Origin: Histomonas meleagridis 2922-C6/04-290x
Lineage: Eukaryota; Protista; Parabasalia
Direction of reading: 5' to 3'
NCBI GenBank assembly: GCA_020184695.1
Contig: JAANOX010000243.1
Span: 496,001-560,000 of the forward strand
Length of the DNA: 64,000 nucleotides
The notes under the pieces were generated by a model, which ran no database searches, was not told where the DNA came from, and saw only the letters and a list, made by a program, of their open reading frames with translations. Shown piece after piece: positions 1 to 12,480 of this stretch. Within the stretch, counting starts at the first letter, position 1. Each line of letters begins with the position of its first letter. Position numbers and translations under genes: made by a program.

Positions 1-1121
1 AAAATCTAATGAAATAAGCAAACAATCTTGCTAAAATCAATGTATCTATTGTTAATTAAATAGTTATAAAGTGCCACTTTTCCAGAAAAACCCGAAATTT
101 TCAAAATATCAATAGGAAGATGATTACTTTCGAGAAAATATTGTGTAATATATAAATTCCCTGTTATGATTGAAGCAATGAGAATATTTTTCATTTATTT
201 TCATTCCTTCTTTAAGTAAAAATGATAAAAGTTCATAATTATCATGTAAAACACATTTTGCTCCTAATTCTTCTAAATTCTTAATTTCTTTTAACTTATT
301 ATCATAAAAATATTTAAATATATCATTTCGATGAAATTCTATTGCTGCTTCATATGCATCTTCAAATGTTGAATGATTTTGTTCGCATAAATGAATTATT
401 TCTTCATTTCCACCTGCAACTGCATATTTACCTGTTTTATCTAATTTTGCTCCATTCATAAGTAAATATTTAAAACATTTAACTGAAGAAAAAAATGCTG
501 CATAATCAATTAATGTAACATTTTCTTTATTTATAATTGAATATCTTTCATAAAGTGATGGTATTATTGTTTGATTAAAATCGAAGTTTGTTTCTTATGA
601 TATTTCTTGAAGTTTTTCTATTTCATCATTCCGAATTATTTTCGCAATTTCATTCTGATTTATTCCTTCTTTAACATATTTCTGATGAAGTTCCCAATTA
701 TTCGCTTTAAGTTTTTCAAGGTTTTTGGAGAAATATTCAGAAAATTGATAACTATAGTTTAAAACGAAAGAATACTTAAATTTTCATTATTCATTAAAAC
801 TTTATTATCTTTCTGCCATCCCAAAGGCAGCTCATCATTTATCTCATATACTTGAAGTTTTTCATTAAAAAATATTTCATTATTCAACCAAAACGCATCC
901 ATCTTGCCCAAATCTTTTTATGAAAATCTTCTGAGTCTTCTCTTATCCCTTTCCGAAGGAAGAAAAACCTGATTCAAAAAGTTGAAAATCCAATTTTTTT
1001 CAAATAAAAATGACGGTTGAAAACCGCTACAAATGATGAGTTGGGAACAATTGCTAAATGAAACTTGTTGGATTTCAGGATATGTAAGAAAAAATAAATT
1101 TTTACCATTTATTATATACAT
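1..1121 (-). pseudogene. DUF3447/ankyrin-family gene, disrupted and truncated by the left window edge
   Basis: Minus strand reads EIAKIIRNDEIEKLQEIS*ETNFDFNQTIIPSLYER...LIDYAAFFSSVKCFKYLLMNGAKLDKTGKYAVAGGNEEIIHLCEQ, nearly colinear with the genes at 26851 and 33532. In-frame TAA at 595-597 and a frameshift between ORFs 124-459 and 6-194. Confidence 0.8.
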
Positions 1122-1982
1122 TTTCCATTTTAGATCATATCCATCCGAGTCTAATAAAAAACATATCTGCTAAAATTATTATTCGAAAAAATATGATATA
1201 TTAAATTAGATCGAATAAAAAAATCGATTTGAATAGTAAATTCTCATCTACTTGATATTTTAATTATACATTCTCTAGTTAATAATTCGTCTTATTTTGG
1301 ATTTGATTTTTGCCGAATAAAAAAATCATATCCCAGGTTAAAAAGAGAAAGTCAACCTTCAATTAACTCACACAGTTCAAGAACAAAGGGGTTCACAGCC
1401 AAATTTGAATAGTAGGACGAATAAAAATCACACAATTATCTTATATCGTTTCCGATAACGAAATCGTCAATGAGGGGATATTGATTTATTCTATAATATG
1501 TAAAATTGATCATTATATATATTATGAACTACAAATAATTCCTGTTGCCATATATAAATTACCGATTATAATATATTTGAAAACCGAATCAAAGACATAA
1601 ATCAAAAATTAATATTACATAATTTGAAATGAATAGCATAAAATAAGATTTTAATTATGGGTTTTTTGCTATCGGCAAAAAACATATCCTAGGTCAAAAA
1701 AGAATCATAGTAAATTTACTATTCATGAATTACATCGTTATCGGTTAACGATCTATTCGTAGTCAAATTTGAATAGAAGAACGAACAAAAATCATTCAAT
1801 CAGTTGAAAAAAAAAGACAATAAAAGGAGGATTTTGTTATATAACATGAGTATCGGGAAAAGATTAATACACAGGATGACTGATAATTTTTCAATTGATT
1901 TTGAATTATCATGCGAAGGGGAAAAAAGTACCGTTGAAAAAATTCAATAATAAAAAAACTGTTATTCTAGGTAAAAAAGTTA

Positions 1983-2099
1983 GGAGAATCACTTAATAAC
2001 ACGCGACTTTTTCTGAGGAAATTTGAATGCTTAATTTACACTTTTGGGTACATTTATGAGAAAAGAGAAAAATAACACGCCATATTTTGTGTGATTTAT
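1983..2099 (+). repeat. Left terminal inverted repeat of the MULE
   Basis: Its reverse complement aligns to 4201-4316 with one indel and scattered substitutions (e.g. TTAATAACACGCGACTTTTTCTGAGGAAATTTGAATGCTT matches exactly). Confidence 0.93.
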
Positions 2100-2122
2100 C
2101 ATGTTTCATCCAAATCAGTGCA

Positions 2123-3969
2123 ATGGAGACTCCTCCTGAGCTCATAGAAGCATTTACTCGTCTTGACAATGCATTTTTTGAAGATGTACATGCTCTTGTT
2201 CAACGGGTGCGCGAGATTTCTGATCAATATAAGTGCCGATATGTTCCTAGATCAACAGGTGAATCAAGATCAATGCAACTTTTCTGCTGTAGACAGTATC
2301 GAACAATCTATAACTGCAATGCATGCCTTAGGATTCTTTACAACCCCGAAACACAATTAGCACAATCCGATTCTTGCGATTTGAACCACACACATGAAAT
2401 TTCTGCATCATACAACGGAAAAGAAAGAAATCAACTAAGCGAAACACAAAAAACGAAAATCAGAGATTCAACATTACAAGGATTATCGATCTATAACATT
2501 CGCATCAAACAAGGATTGGTTTGTTCGAAAGATGTATTATACAATACAAGAAGATAGATCTTAAAAAACATTCGAGATCATGAAATGGATGAATTGCTTG
2601 ATCAAATGAAAAATGGAAATAATTGGTCGAACAAAATAATAATAGATGAAAATAAGCGTTTTAATGTATGTTATGTATTTCACGTACCTATTATGTCTGA
2701 AAAATACCTAATGATCTGTGCATTATTGACGATACAAGTTGTACAAATTACTATCACCTCCCTCTTTTATTAATGATTAGTGAAGATCAAAATGGTCGAA
2801 ACCAAGTATTATCTTTTGCAATAATATGCTCACGAACAAAGAATGAATTTATAAATTATTTTGTAGAAATTAAACAAAAAATAGGTGATATCAAGTTCTT
2901 TATCTGCGATCGAAACAAAACACAGGTCAAAACACTGAAATTTGTCTATCCATTTTGCAAAATTATATTTTGCAGTGTTCACATTTCTCGTAATCTTCGA
3001 CAAAATGCAGGGCAAGAAATGTGTGATTTATTTAATAAGCTTCAAATCCAAGAAATTTCTGAAGAAGAATTTATCAATGCATGTAATAATTATGTAAATG
3101 AACATCCAAAAACAAAAGGATCGCGTTTGTTACAAAACTAATTAGAGGATCAGGATAAGTGGCTACCAAGTATAATTTCAAAATATATACATTGCGATAA
3201 TACAACATCAAATCGAGTTGAAGGTTTTTTTGGAAGTCTCAAGAATTTACTAGAACATAAAATTGTAACATTAGGAAATCTTGTATATGCAATTTATTTA
3301 GAAGGTGAAAGACTTAGAATATTATCTAAGAGTGATAAACCAACAATTATCCCACAAGAATTAATGAGCAAAGAAGATTCGAAAAAACTCGGTACATTTG
3401 CTTCAGCAATGATATTCTTTGAATATATGGACCTCAAACTAAATGGTGTATTGTCTATTCCATACTCTGAGACCTGCTGCAAAAATCATACATTATACAA
3501 TCTCCCTTGTAAACATTTTATTCTAATGAGAATTAAAGAAGATAAGAACCCACTCTTAACAATCAATGACATACCTTGTAGATGGATAATCACTAACGAA
3601 AATAAAACAGATAATCCCAATACCATTGAAAGATATTTACGGCCAAAAAACAAAGTAAACAATTGGAGTTACAGTAATTGCATTGATAAATTTGAACGTT
3701 TTTTTTCTATCTCGAATTGATCTTTTGAAATTAGAAATATTCTAGACAAAGCCTTAGATGATTTATGTCCGCTTGAACATGAAACAGGAGAAGATGGAGA
3801 TATTCTTCCACCAGAACACATACAGATTTCTGGAGCGCCTTCAAGATATCCAAGAAACAATGTGGATAAAGCAGGCGCTCCAAAAGTGAAGAAGAAATAT
3901 CGTTGCAGTATATGTGGAGGTGATACTCATACTGCACCTAGATGTCCAAAAAATGTTTTAGCTACTTAA
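2123..3969 (+). pseudogene. MULE transposase pseudogene (N-terminal zinc finger, DDE core, SWIM, C-terminal zinc knuckle)
   Basis: Joined frames give ...IIDDTSCTNYYHLPLL..., FFICDRNKTQ, FCSVHISRNL, TTSNRVEGFFGSLK, CCKNHTLYNLPCKH and CSICGGDTHTAPRC. In-frame stops at 2555-2557 (TAG), 3139-3141 (TAA) and 3718-3720 (TGA), plus a 1-nt deletion near 2705. Confidence 0.88.
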
Positions 3970-4200
3970 TAAAAACTTAATATATTAAACTCATAATATC
4001 AAAAATGTGAATATACAGTTTAACAGTTCATGAGAAAAGAACATCATAAATCATGTGAGAATAAGCATATTCGAGAATCCTTTGTAAACTGTTGGAATTC
4101 CAAATTCTCCTTTCTAAAAAGTCGCCGTTGCGTTCACAAATGAATGTTTCACCATGTTTTCATTTAAAAATGCTACAAGATGACTTGCTTTAATGCCAAA

Positions 4201-4316
4201 ATAAATCACACAAAAAGTGGCGTGTTATTTTTCCTTTTCTCATGGATGTACCCAAAAGTGGGAATAAAGCATTCAAATTTCCTCAGAAAAAGTCGCGTGT
4301 TATTAAGCGATTGCCC
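4201..4316 (-). repeat. Right terminal inverted repeat of the MULE
   Basis: Inverted copy of 1983-2099, followed directly by the TSD AAAAAGTTA. Confidence 0.93.
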
Positions 4317-5266
4317 AAAAAGTTATCGTTAGAAAGTTCTGTATCGTTTGTATTAATATATGGCCGGATTTGCATTCACATATCGAAAATAACTTATATA
4401 CGACAATTACATGAATATGCCATCAATACATTTGAAATTTTTTGAGCTTATTAATATTTTCGATAGATTCGAAAAGAATTTAATATCAAGATTATATATA
4501 ATCAAATAAAATATATAATATTTCATCATTTCCCAAATAATTTCTGAGTTTTTAATTTCTTAATAGATCAAGATATTATTCATAGATTTATATTAATCAT
4601 AGATGAAACTATGTATATATATTATATATTCATCATATCAAGATCGTAGGATGATCGCTATATACGATGGGAATCGCAAGTCAAGTTTAATATATAGTAT
4701 TGAAATATGAATCAATGAAATTTCTGTGTTTTGGAATAAATTAAAAAAAAAAAAAATGAATTGATTTGAAACAACAATGAGAATTTTCACTCAATTCAAA
4801 AGATTCGCTCTGCTCGATTTTGAATTTTTTTGCAGCATATATAATATTTATTTTTAAATATTAAAAACTAAAGTATTTCAAAATAATTTCCCGAACGACA
4901 CATTTTTGAGAAATCAATACTTGTGTCAGATGAAGTACTTTATGTATGTATATCAGGCATGCATTTGTACAACATTTAAAAAATTTCTAATAAATTTTTT
5001 TGACAAATATGTGATGCAAAAATATTAATATTTTTTGATGAATTTTTTTCCCTGAATGGTTAATAGTTTTTGTATGGTGATGTTATATCCCAAATATGAT
5101 TAAAAAACCATTTTCCAATAAGAAGATTTAATCTTACTTCCCACCTTTAGAATTTAACGTGCATTTCTGAGTCACTTTTACGTAAACTCATGATGGCAAC
5201 AATTTTTAGACGATTGTTTCACATTCAATATTTAGTCACTTTTCTTATATCTAATCAAGCAATTTA

Positions 5267-7714
5267 ATGATTCCCTTTAACTGTAAAAAGTGCTCTTTTA
5301 ATCAAGAGATAATTTCTTTATTTAATGAACCAAATGGTAGTAAATTTGTTGCAGCTTCACTTGACACAATTTATATATTTGATATTTCAGATTTAGATCC
5401 TTTACTTATAGATAGTTTTAAAAGGGATTATGAAAGCATACAAGAATATGGGCACAATAAATGGGTAAAATGGATCAAAGACAGTATCATATTTGGCACA
5501 TATACAGGGGACATATTTTTTATGAAATTTACAAATTCCTCTTTATTAAAAACAGAAATGAAATCCATCCACCTAAAATCAACTATAACAGATGTTTTTA
5601 TTTCCAATGTTTTACTTGGGATGGCCATTATTGGACCAAAATTAATATTCATCGATTCCAATGGTAACATTATTAACATTACCAAAGTTAGTTGTCCTTT
5701 TTCATTTATCAAGAATGTTAATGTTATTAATTCCAATCAAACACTTTTTACATCAAATGGAATACTTTATTTGTATGAGTTCAATACTGACAAAACTAAA
5801 GCGCTTAATATACAGAATATTGCATGTATTACAACCACTAATAAAAACACATTTTTGTTAACAGAAGATGGAACATTTTATTCATATAATAATTTCGAAA
5901 TTAATTTGATTTCAAAACTTCAAAAATTTATAAATTTTGCACAATCTATAAATCCTAATACACTTTTAATCATAAGTAATGATGGTACATTTACTATTTT
6001 TTCGATTAAACTTCAAGAAATCACCGAAATAATTTTTGAAGAAACAAAATGTTTAATTTCATCATTTTATGATAATATTACCAAAACATTTTATTTCATT
6101 GATATGAACAAACAATTAAATCGTTTAAATTTTGTTGATATTATACCGCCATTAGCTATAAGTTCATCATTTATTTATAACATCGAAAGACAAAACATTA
6201 TTTGCGTAATACCGAACGAAGAAATACATAAAAAAGTTCGAATGATTCCATATGAATTATATCCCATTCGAAACGTCATAATCAGTAATGAGGACACGTT
6301 TTGTATCATAGGGAAAAACGGAATTTCGATAATGACGAAATATTCGTTATTTTTTAATGATGAAATTGTTGAGCCGAATTTTGTTTTGTGGTTAAATCAT
6401 TTGTTATGTGTTATAAAGAATGAAGTTTTTTATTTATATTCAGATGAATTAACATTAATTGGTTCATATGCATTTAATGATATCCCAAAAAAATGTTTCT
6501 CATACGAAACAAGAATTATATTTAGTTTCGATGATCATTTTATCATTTTCGAATTCGATAAAACTTCGCAAATATTACAAATCGGAAAATTACATGAAAT
6601 TAATATTGGAAAAATTGAGATAATTTCTTATAATATACCATTCGATAAGAAGTTAGAAATTAAAAATATTTTCATTTTATGGGATAATGAAATTTATGTT
6701 TATTTGACAAATAATAAATTCATTAATTACAGTAAATCTAAAATTATTTGGGAAAATGTTAATGACGTTTGGATAAATCAAAATCCTTTGCTAATTTGTG
6801 GGGAGTTTGATGACGGGGTTAATGTATTATCTAAAACTCATTTTGGACATTTTTCATTTCGGACTTTGTGGTCTTATAACACAAATTTACTAAAAATTCC
6901 AAAACGTTTTGTTCACGAAAAAATCAATTTTGAAAAAGTCGATTTTACAACGAATTTGAAACCTTTACAAAACGATGACTTAGAAAATTGCGCGGAAAAA
7001 TTAATTCAATTGCATGACGATAAAAACTTTCTCAATTTGTTCCCAGAATTTTTGAATAAGTTAAAAGAAAATTATCAACTTCCCACTTTTTATCAAGGGT
7101 TAAAACAAATCGATCAAAATATTATTCCTGATTTCTTAAATTTAATGACTAGTGAACAAATTAAAGATATATCGAACACAGATTTTGATTTTGTTCCTTT
7201 CTTCTTGAAATTAAAACCGTCAATTCAATCAAGAGTATTGAAACATTCGAATTCAATGCAATTCACTAGTATTGTCGAACGATACAGCAATTCTCTTCAA
7301 TCTAAAGAAGAACGATACAAAAAATTCATAGCAACCGCCTGTATCGATTCTGGGCAATTCATCAAATGTTGTTTGTTTACAAATGCAGCCGATTTCAACT
7401 TTTGTGATTTCTTAGTATCACTAAATTCAAATGAAACACAGTTAGCAGAGTGTATAGATAAAATAGAATCAGATTTTTTGAAATGGAAATCTGATGATAA
7501 ATCATCAATACTAAGATTAATCGGTTGCTCTTTTCAATTGGTGAAAATTAATCGTTGGGCACTTGCATGCTTCTTGGTGTTAAAAGATGTGAGTAAAGTA
7601 AAAGCTGTTTTACTTGATGACTCTGATGCAATGTTTGCTGCAATGACATACACACGCGAATTTAGTGATTCGTTTTATGCGCAGTATTTAAAGTTTTTGA
7701 ATATAGGATTATAA
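5267..7714 (+). CDS. Hypothetical 815-aa protein, beta-rich (possibly propeller) N-terminal part and helical C-terminus
   Basis: Long uninterrupted ORF. No motif I can name with confidence. Confidence 0.75.
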   Translation: MIPFNCKKCSFNQEIISLFNEPNGSKFVAASLDTIYIFDISDLDPLLIDSFKRDYESIQEYGHNKWVKWIKDSIIFGTYTGDIFFMKFTNSSLLKTEMKSIHLKSTITDVFISNVLLGMAIIGPKLIFIDSNGNIINITKVSCPFSFIKNVNVINSNQTLFTSNGILYLYEFNTDKTKALNIQNIACITTTNKNTFLLTEDGTFYSYNNFEINLISKLQKFINFAQSINPNTLLIISNDGTFTIFSIKLQEITEIIFEETKCLISSFYDNITKTFYFIDMNKQLNRLNFVDIIPPLAISSSFIYNIERQNIICVIPNEEIHKKVRMIPYELYPIRNVIISNEDTFCIIGKNGISIMTKYSLFFNDEIVEPNFVLWLNHLLCVIKNEVFYLYSDELTLIGSYAFNDIPKKCFSYETRIIFSFDDHFIIFEFDKTSQILQIGKLHEINIGKIEIISYNIPFDKKLEIKNIFILWDNEIYVYLTNNKFINYSKSKIIWENVNDVWINQNPLLICGEFDDGVNVLSKTHFGHFSFRTLWSYNTNLLKIPKRFVHEKINFEKVDFTTNLKPLQNDDLENCAEKLIQLHDDKNFLNLFPEFLNKLKENYQLPTFYQGLKQIDQNIIPDFLNLMTSEQIKDISNTDFDFVPFFLKLKPSIQSRVLKHSNSMQFTSIVERYSNSLQSKEERYKKFIATACIDSGQFIKCCLFTNAADFNFCDFLVSLNSNETQLAECIDKIESDFLKWKSDDKSSILRLIGCSFQLVKINRWALACFLVLKDVSKVKAVLLDDSDAMFAAMTYTREFSDSFYAQYLKFLNIGL

Positions 7715-7899
7715 AATTGTAATTTTTTTTAGAAATAAAAATTTTATAATAAAATTTTTTTAAATTAAATTTCTTTTTTTTAAAATCACTGAAATTCAAC
7801 AAAAAAATATCGATTTTTTCGATGTTTACTAAAGCCAAAACATTGTTTTCTAATTCTTATAATGGACTTGATCATGAATCGATAATCTATTTCATACAA

Positions 7900-8450
7900 G
7901 CTATTTGTGATTGTTCGCTTGATGAATTAAATAATAATCCTCCACGTTTATATATGTGAACTATGCTAAGCTCGACATTTGAAAATGATGATTCATTTTG
8001 TGTACATTAATGAATGATTTGTTATAACTGCAATTATATTTACCTGTTTCACTGATATCAGCAACATCCAGAAGTAAAAACTTAAAAAATTTAATTGACT
8101 AAAAAAATGCTTTGTAATCAATTAATGTAACATAATATTTAATAATAAATGAACATTTTTCATAAAGTGATGGTACAATTTCTTGAAAATCAAAATCACT
8201 TTGTGATGAAATTTCTTGATGTATTTTTATTTTATCATTTCGAATTATTTTTGCGATTTCATTCGGATTATGTTCTTCTTTAATATATTTCTTGTGAAGT
8301 TCTCAGCCATTCCTTGAAAGTTCTTCATAATTCTAATTGGATTCTTTATTATTATATTGTTTCTTAATTCTGCAAATTCTGGTGTCATAATATGAGCAAA
8401 AATTAATATGTCATTTGGAAAGCTTGTTATTATTTTTTCTTCAATCATTT
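7900..8450 (-). pseudogene. Degenerate DUF3447/ankyrin-family gene remnant
   Basis: Minus strand contains EEHNPNEIAKIIRND...EISSQSDFDF...PSLYEKCSFI...VTLIDY, broken by stops and frameshifts. Boundaries approximate. Confidence 0.7.
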
Positions 8451-8743
8451 TATTAATAATATAATATGATTCATTAGAACAGCGCTTTAGAAGAAATTTG
8501 TTGAATTCATATATAAATTGATGATTAATCCAATATATTTAATGTGCTACTTTGGGCTATCAATATTAACAAGCTTTTGTTGAGCTTCTGACTTATTTGC
8601 TCTTTTCAAAGGATTTACACATATGTTTTACAAGAAAATACATCAAAATTTTCTATTTTCATGTTATACATTTTAAATTTAATGTTTCATTTTATAAAAA
8701 AAAAAATTGTAAGAAAATAATACTTTATTTTTATATAATTAAA

Positions 8744-9175
8744 TTAAGGAAAGTGTTTGTTGATAAGATTAATAATTTCTTCTGACTGTTCTGAAATAAC
8801 ACCCCATTCTTCTTCTGTTGGAAAAAGACATGCAAGTTCACAAATGTTTCGTGGTCGAACTGATATCAAATTTCGCATTTGAAAAGGTGTTATTTGTTTA
8901 TTTAACTCTTGAATTTCATTGCAAAAAGATTTGATCTTTTCCCCCACATCATCTTCCCCATCTTCTACTGTACCATCTGGTGAATGTGATAAAAGTGAAG
9001 GAATTAACATATTTCTTGCTTGTTGAATTCGTTCATATTCACTTAAATATTCTCTATCACGCGTATCTTTATATGGTTTAGCTGCTTTTGTTCGCACGGA
9101 TACTATTTTTAATACTTCATATGCTGTTAAAACTGCATTATTTGTTTCAAGAATTTCCATTATAAAATATTTCAT
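8744..9175 (-). CDS. RNA polymerase III subunit C17/RPC9 (Rpb4/CRCP family)-like
   Basis: MEILETNNAVLTAYEVL N-terminus and C-terminal HRDC-like segment (LISVRPRNICEL...EEIINLINKHFP) resemble the C17/CRCP pattern. The start may be 9160. Confidence 0.65.
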   Translation of the reverse strand: MKYFIMEILETNNAVLTAYEVLKIVSVRTKAAKPYKDTRDREYLSEYERIQQARNMLIPSLLSHSPDGTVEDGEDDVGEKIKSFCNEIQELNKQITPFQMRNLISVRPRNICELACLFPTEEEWGVISEQSEEIINLINKHFP

Positions 9176-9211
9176 ATCACATTTCTTTGAGTAGAGTACG
9201 TTTATATTTTA

Positions 9212-9970
9212 ATGTCAACTCTTCTTCAAAATATTATTTATGAAGTATTACAAAAGAATACATTACCCACAGAAAAAGAATTAGAGTCAATGACAAATGA
9301 TGAACTTGTAAAATTAGAAATAAATCAAAATCAAATCATTCAACAATTTAAAAATGAAGCTATTTTTCAATTGATGAATATGCAAAAACGAATTATACAG
9401 TTAAATAAACAAATCACAGAACTTGAAAAATATTCAGACAAAGAATTAATTATTCCCGAAATCAAAGAACCAAATATTAAAGAAACAACAACAGAGCAAG
9501 TTACAAAACAAGAAGCAACATTAGAACGAAAGCAGAATCCAAAAGAAGAAACAACAATTTTGAAAAATACACAAAATGCCAACACAAAACAGAAAAAAGA
9601 AACACCTCCGAAGCATGAAAACTCGAAGATGCAACATCAAACTTCAATTCAGCGGACTTCGACAATCAAAAATCCAAAAGCGCAAACCAGACGAAATCCT
9701 GCGAATGCTCCCATCAAAGCGCCAGTCAAAGAAACAAGAAAACTTACAAAGACAGCTCAAACACCGCGTCGCGACACATCAACATCAAAAGACACCAAAG
9801 AGATGTCTCGCCACATTAAATCATCGCAGACTGCGCGGGCGCCGGAGGCTCCAGACTTTCAGCGCCTCATTAACAAATTTGATTATGTGCATCAGCTCCT
9901 TACAACAGCAAAGAAAACAAGCAACAAAAAGAAAAATGAACTCAAAGAACGGCCGCCATTTAAATATTAA
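9212..9970 (+). CDS. Hypothetical 252-aa protein with coiled coil and basic low-complexity region
   Basis: ATG-initiated ORF, divergent from the RPC17-like gene with only 36 bp between them. Confidence 0.65.
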   Translation: MSTLLQNIIYEVLQKNTLPTEKELESMTNDELVKLEINQNQIIQQFKNEAIFQLMNMQKRIIQLNKQITELEKYSDKELIIPEIKEPNIKETTTEQVTKQEATLERKQNPKEETTILKNTQNANTKQKKETPPKHENSKMQHQTSIQRTSTIKNPKAQTRRNPANAPIKAPVKETRKLTKTAQTPRRDTSTSKDTKEMSRHIKSSQTARAPEAPDFQRLINKFDYVHQLLTTAKKTSNKKKNELKERPPFKY

Positions 9971-9995
9971 AATGTATTTTTACAAATAAAATAAA

Positions 9996-12421
9996 TTATA
10001 TGTTTTTTCTATGTTTTAAATTCGCTATCTTCTTTCTGTAATGTTCTTTGATCTGTTTCTCTATGCTTTGACATTGTTCATGAAACTTTTCTTCAAATTC
10101 TTTTTGCATCGTCTCTTTCTCGATTTCATTTCGTTTAGTTATTTCTTCAAGTTTTTCTTTCGTTTCTTTTAATTCTTTAATTAGTTCTGTTTGAATCGTT
10201 TCTGTTACCTTTTGTCGTAATTCTTTCGCTACTTCATCTTTCAGAATTTCTTTCTCTATTTCATGTTGTTTAATCATTTCTTCAATTGTTTCCTTCGATT
10301 TATTTCGTTCTTTATTGATTTCTGTTTGAATTATTTCATTTTTAGTTTTTTCTTTTTCTATCTCATGGAGCTTAATGATTTCTTCAATTTTAAGTTTTTG
10401 ACTTCTTCCGTTCATTTTGTTGTTCCTTTTTAATCGCTTCGTTCATTTTATATTTCGAATTTTTCAATTATATCATTTTTCATTTTTCAAATCGTTTTAT
10501 CATTCGTTGTTTGGTTTCATTTTTGTGTTTGAATAATTTTTCTCTTTAATTGTTGTTGAAATATTTCTTTCATTTGATTGAATTCATTTTCCATTTCTTT
10601 TTCTCTTTTTGCTTTTCGATTGCTTCAATTTCTATTTTACTTTTAATTATTTGTCGTTGTAATATAATTTCAAGTTTCTTTCGTTGTTCTTTTTCATTTT
10701 GCATTTGATCTTGAAGTTGTTGAATATAATTAAGATGTTCTTTCAAATATTTATTAAGATTTTCTTTATCTTTCTCTAATCGTTCATTATATTCTTGATA
10801 TTCTTTTTATTTGTTCTGTTAATTCTTTATTTTCTAATTTAATTTCTGAAAGATTACGCTGATATTGAAGTTGAATTTTATTATTTATGTTTTCAAGTTC
10901 TGTTATTTTATTTTGAAGATTTTTCTCATTTTTACGCATTTTAATTTCCATTAATTTAAAATATCCTGAAACTTGTTGGAAATTTGTTAATTCTTTTGCT
11001 TCATTTGAACTCCAAAATTCTCGAATTTCTTGAAGATTTAAACATGTCGAATATTCATTCATTTTATTAATCACATTTTGAATCGGTTCTTTTAAATTTT
11101 CAATTCTCATTTCAAGTTCTTTATTTTCTTGTTGAAGTTGTTCAATTTCTTCCCTTTCTTTTTCATTCTCGCGTTCATTAATTTCATTTTCTTTTAGTCT
11201 TAATACCATTTAATTGTTGGAAATATTCTTCTTTAATTTGTCGTGATTCTCGTTCAATATGAATCAATCGTTCTTTCTCTTCTGCAAATTCAATAAGTCG
11301 TTTTTTTGAAACGTTTCTTTTTCTTGTTTTAATATTTCTCGTTCTTTGGATAAATTGATTTTTTGTTTTTTATTATATTTCTCTTCATATTCAATATATT
11401 TCATTTCGTTATTTTTGGTGCGTTTTTTGTAACTTTCTGTTGGAATAAGTTCACCTTTTTCATTTGGATACCAATCATTTCGTTCTTGTTGAAAGATTTC
11501 TTTTTCATATTCAATTTCTTTTTGCGATTGTTTACTTTCTAAATTTCGTTTATCAATTTCTTCAATTTTAATTTTTAATTCGTTTTGAAGTGTTTCAATT
11601 TTTTCTTGTTCTTCTTTAAGTTTCGCTTCTTTTTGTTGAAGTTCTTTACGTTCTTGATCAATTAAATCTTTTTGTTGTTTAATTTCTTCTTCTTTATGAA
11701 TAAGTTCTTCTTTAAGTATTATAAATTCACTCATTCTTCTAGAAAGAATTTCTTCTTCTTTGTTTTTGTTTTGTTGAATTTCTTGAAGATTTTTGTTTTT
11801 TGGAGATCAATGAAATCTTTTTCTTCTTCAAGTTTACGACGTTCTTTAATAATCTGATTAATTGATCCATCTATTTCTTTGTTTTTGTTTTGTTGGTCAT
11901 GAATTTCTTTCTCTTTTATCGCTGTTTCTTCTTTAAATTTATTTTTGATTTCTTCAAAATCATTTAATTGTTCAATATGCTCTTGTTTTTGTGTTTTTAA
12001 AATTTTTTGTTGTTCTTTAAGTTGTGCTTTTGTATTTTTGATCTTTTTCTTTTCTAATTTTTGTTGAGATATTAAATTCGTAACTTTATTTTCATAATCC
12101 TTTAATTCTTGTTGTTTTTTAGCAAGTGTTGGTTGAATAATTGTAGTCATATTTGTTAAATCATTTTGTGTTTGTCGTCGAATTAATTGTGCATTTCGTT
12201 CTAATTCAATAACTTTCTCTTTCTCAAGTGTAAATTCTGATAAACGTCGATAAAATTTTAATGTTTTTTCGTCAAAATCCTTTTTCTCATTTTTAAGATT
12301 TTGTTCTTTCATTTTCAAATATTTTAATTTAACATCATAATCATTTTCATTATCTAATATTAAGTTTCGTTGATCTAATTCAATAATTTGTTTCTTTTTC
12401 TTTTTCTTTTTTTTCATTCAT
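9996..12421 (-). pseudogene. Long K/E/Q-rich coiled-coil protein gene split into at least 4 frames (pseudogene or homopolymer indel errors)
   Basis: Consecutive same-strand ORFs 11731-12417, 11264-11734, 10787-11209 and 9996-10415 share composition. Breaks fall in or near poly-A runs. Confidence 0.55.
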
Positions 12422-12480
12422 AAATTGTAAACGTGCGCAAAATGAAAAAGAAAATTTAAAAAAAACAAAAATTTATTGAT

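Larger units (their letters stand above)
1983..4316 (+). mobile_element. Mutator-like (MULE) DNA transposon, 2334 bp, complete ends, inactivated transposase
   Basis: ~116-bp TIRs at 1983-2099 and 4201-4316. Perfect 9-bp TSD AAAAAGTTA at 1974-1982 and 4317-4325. Internal MULE transposase remnants. Confidence 0.93.
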
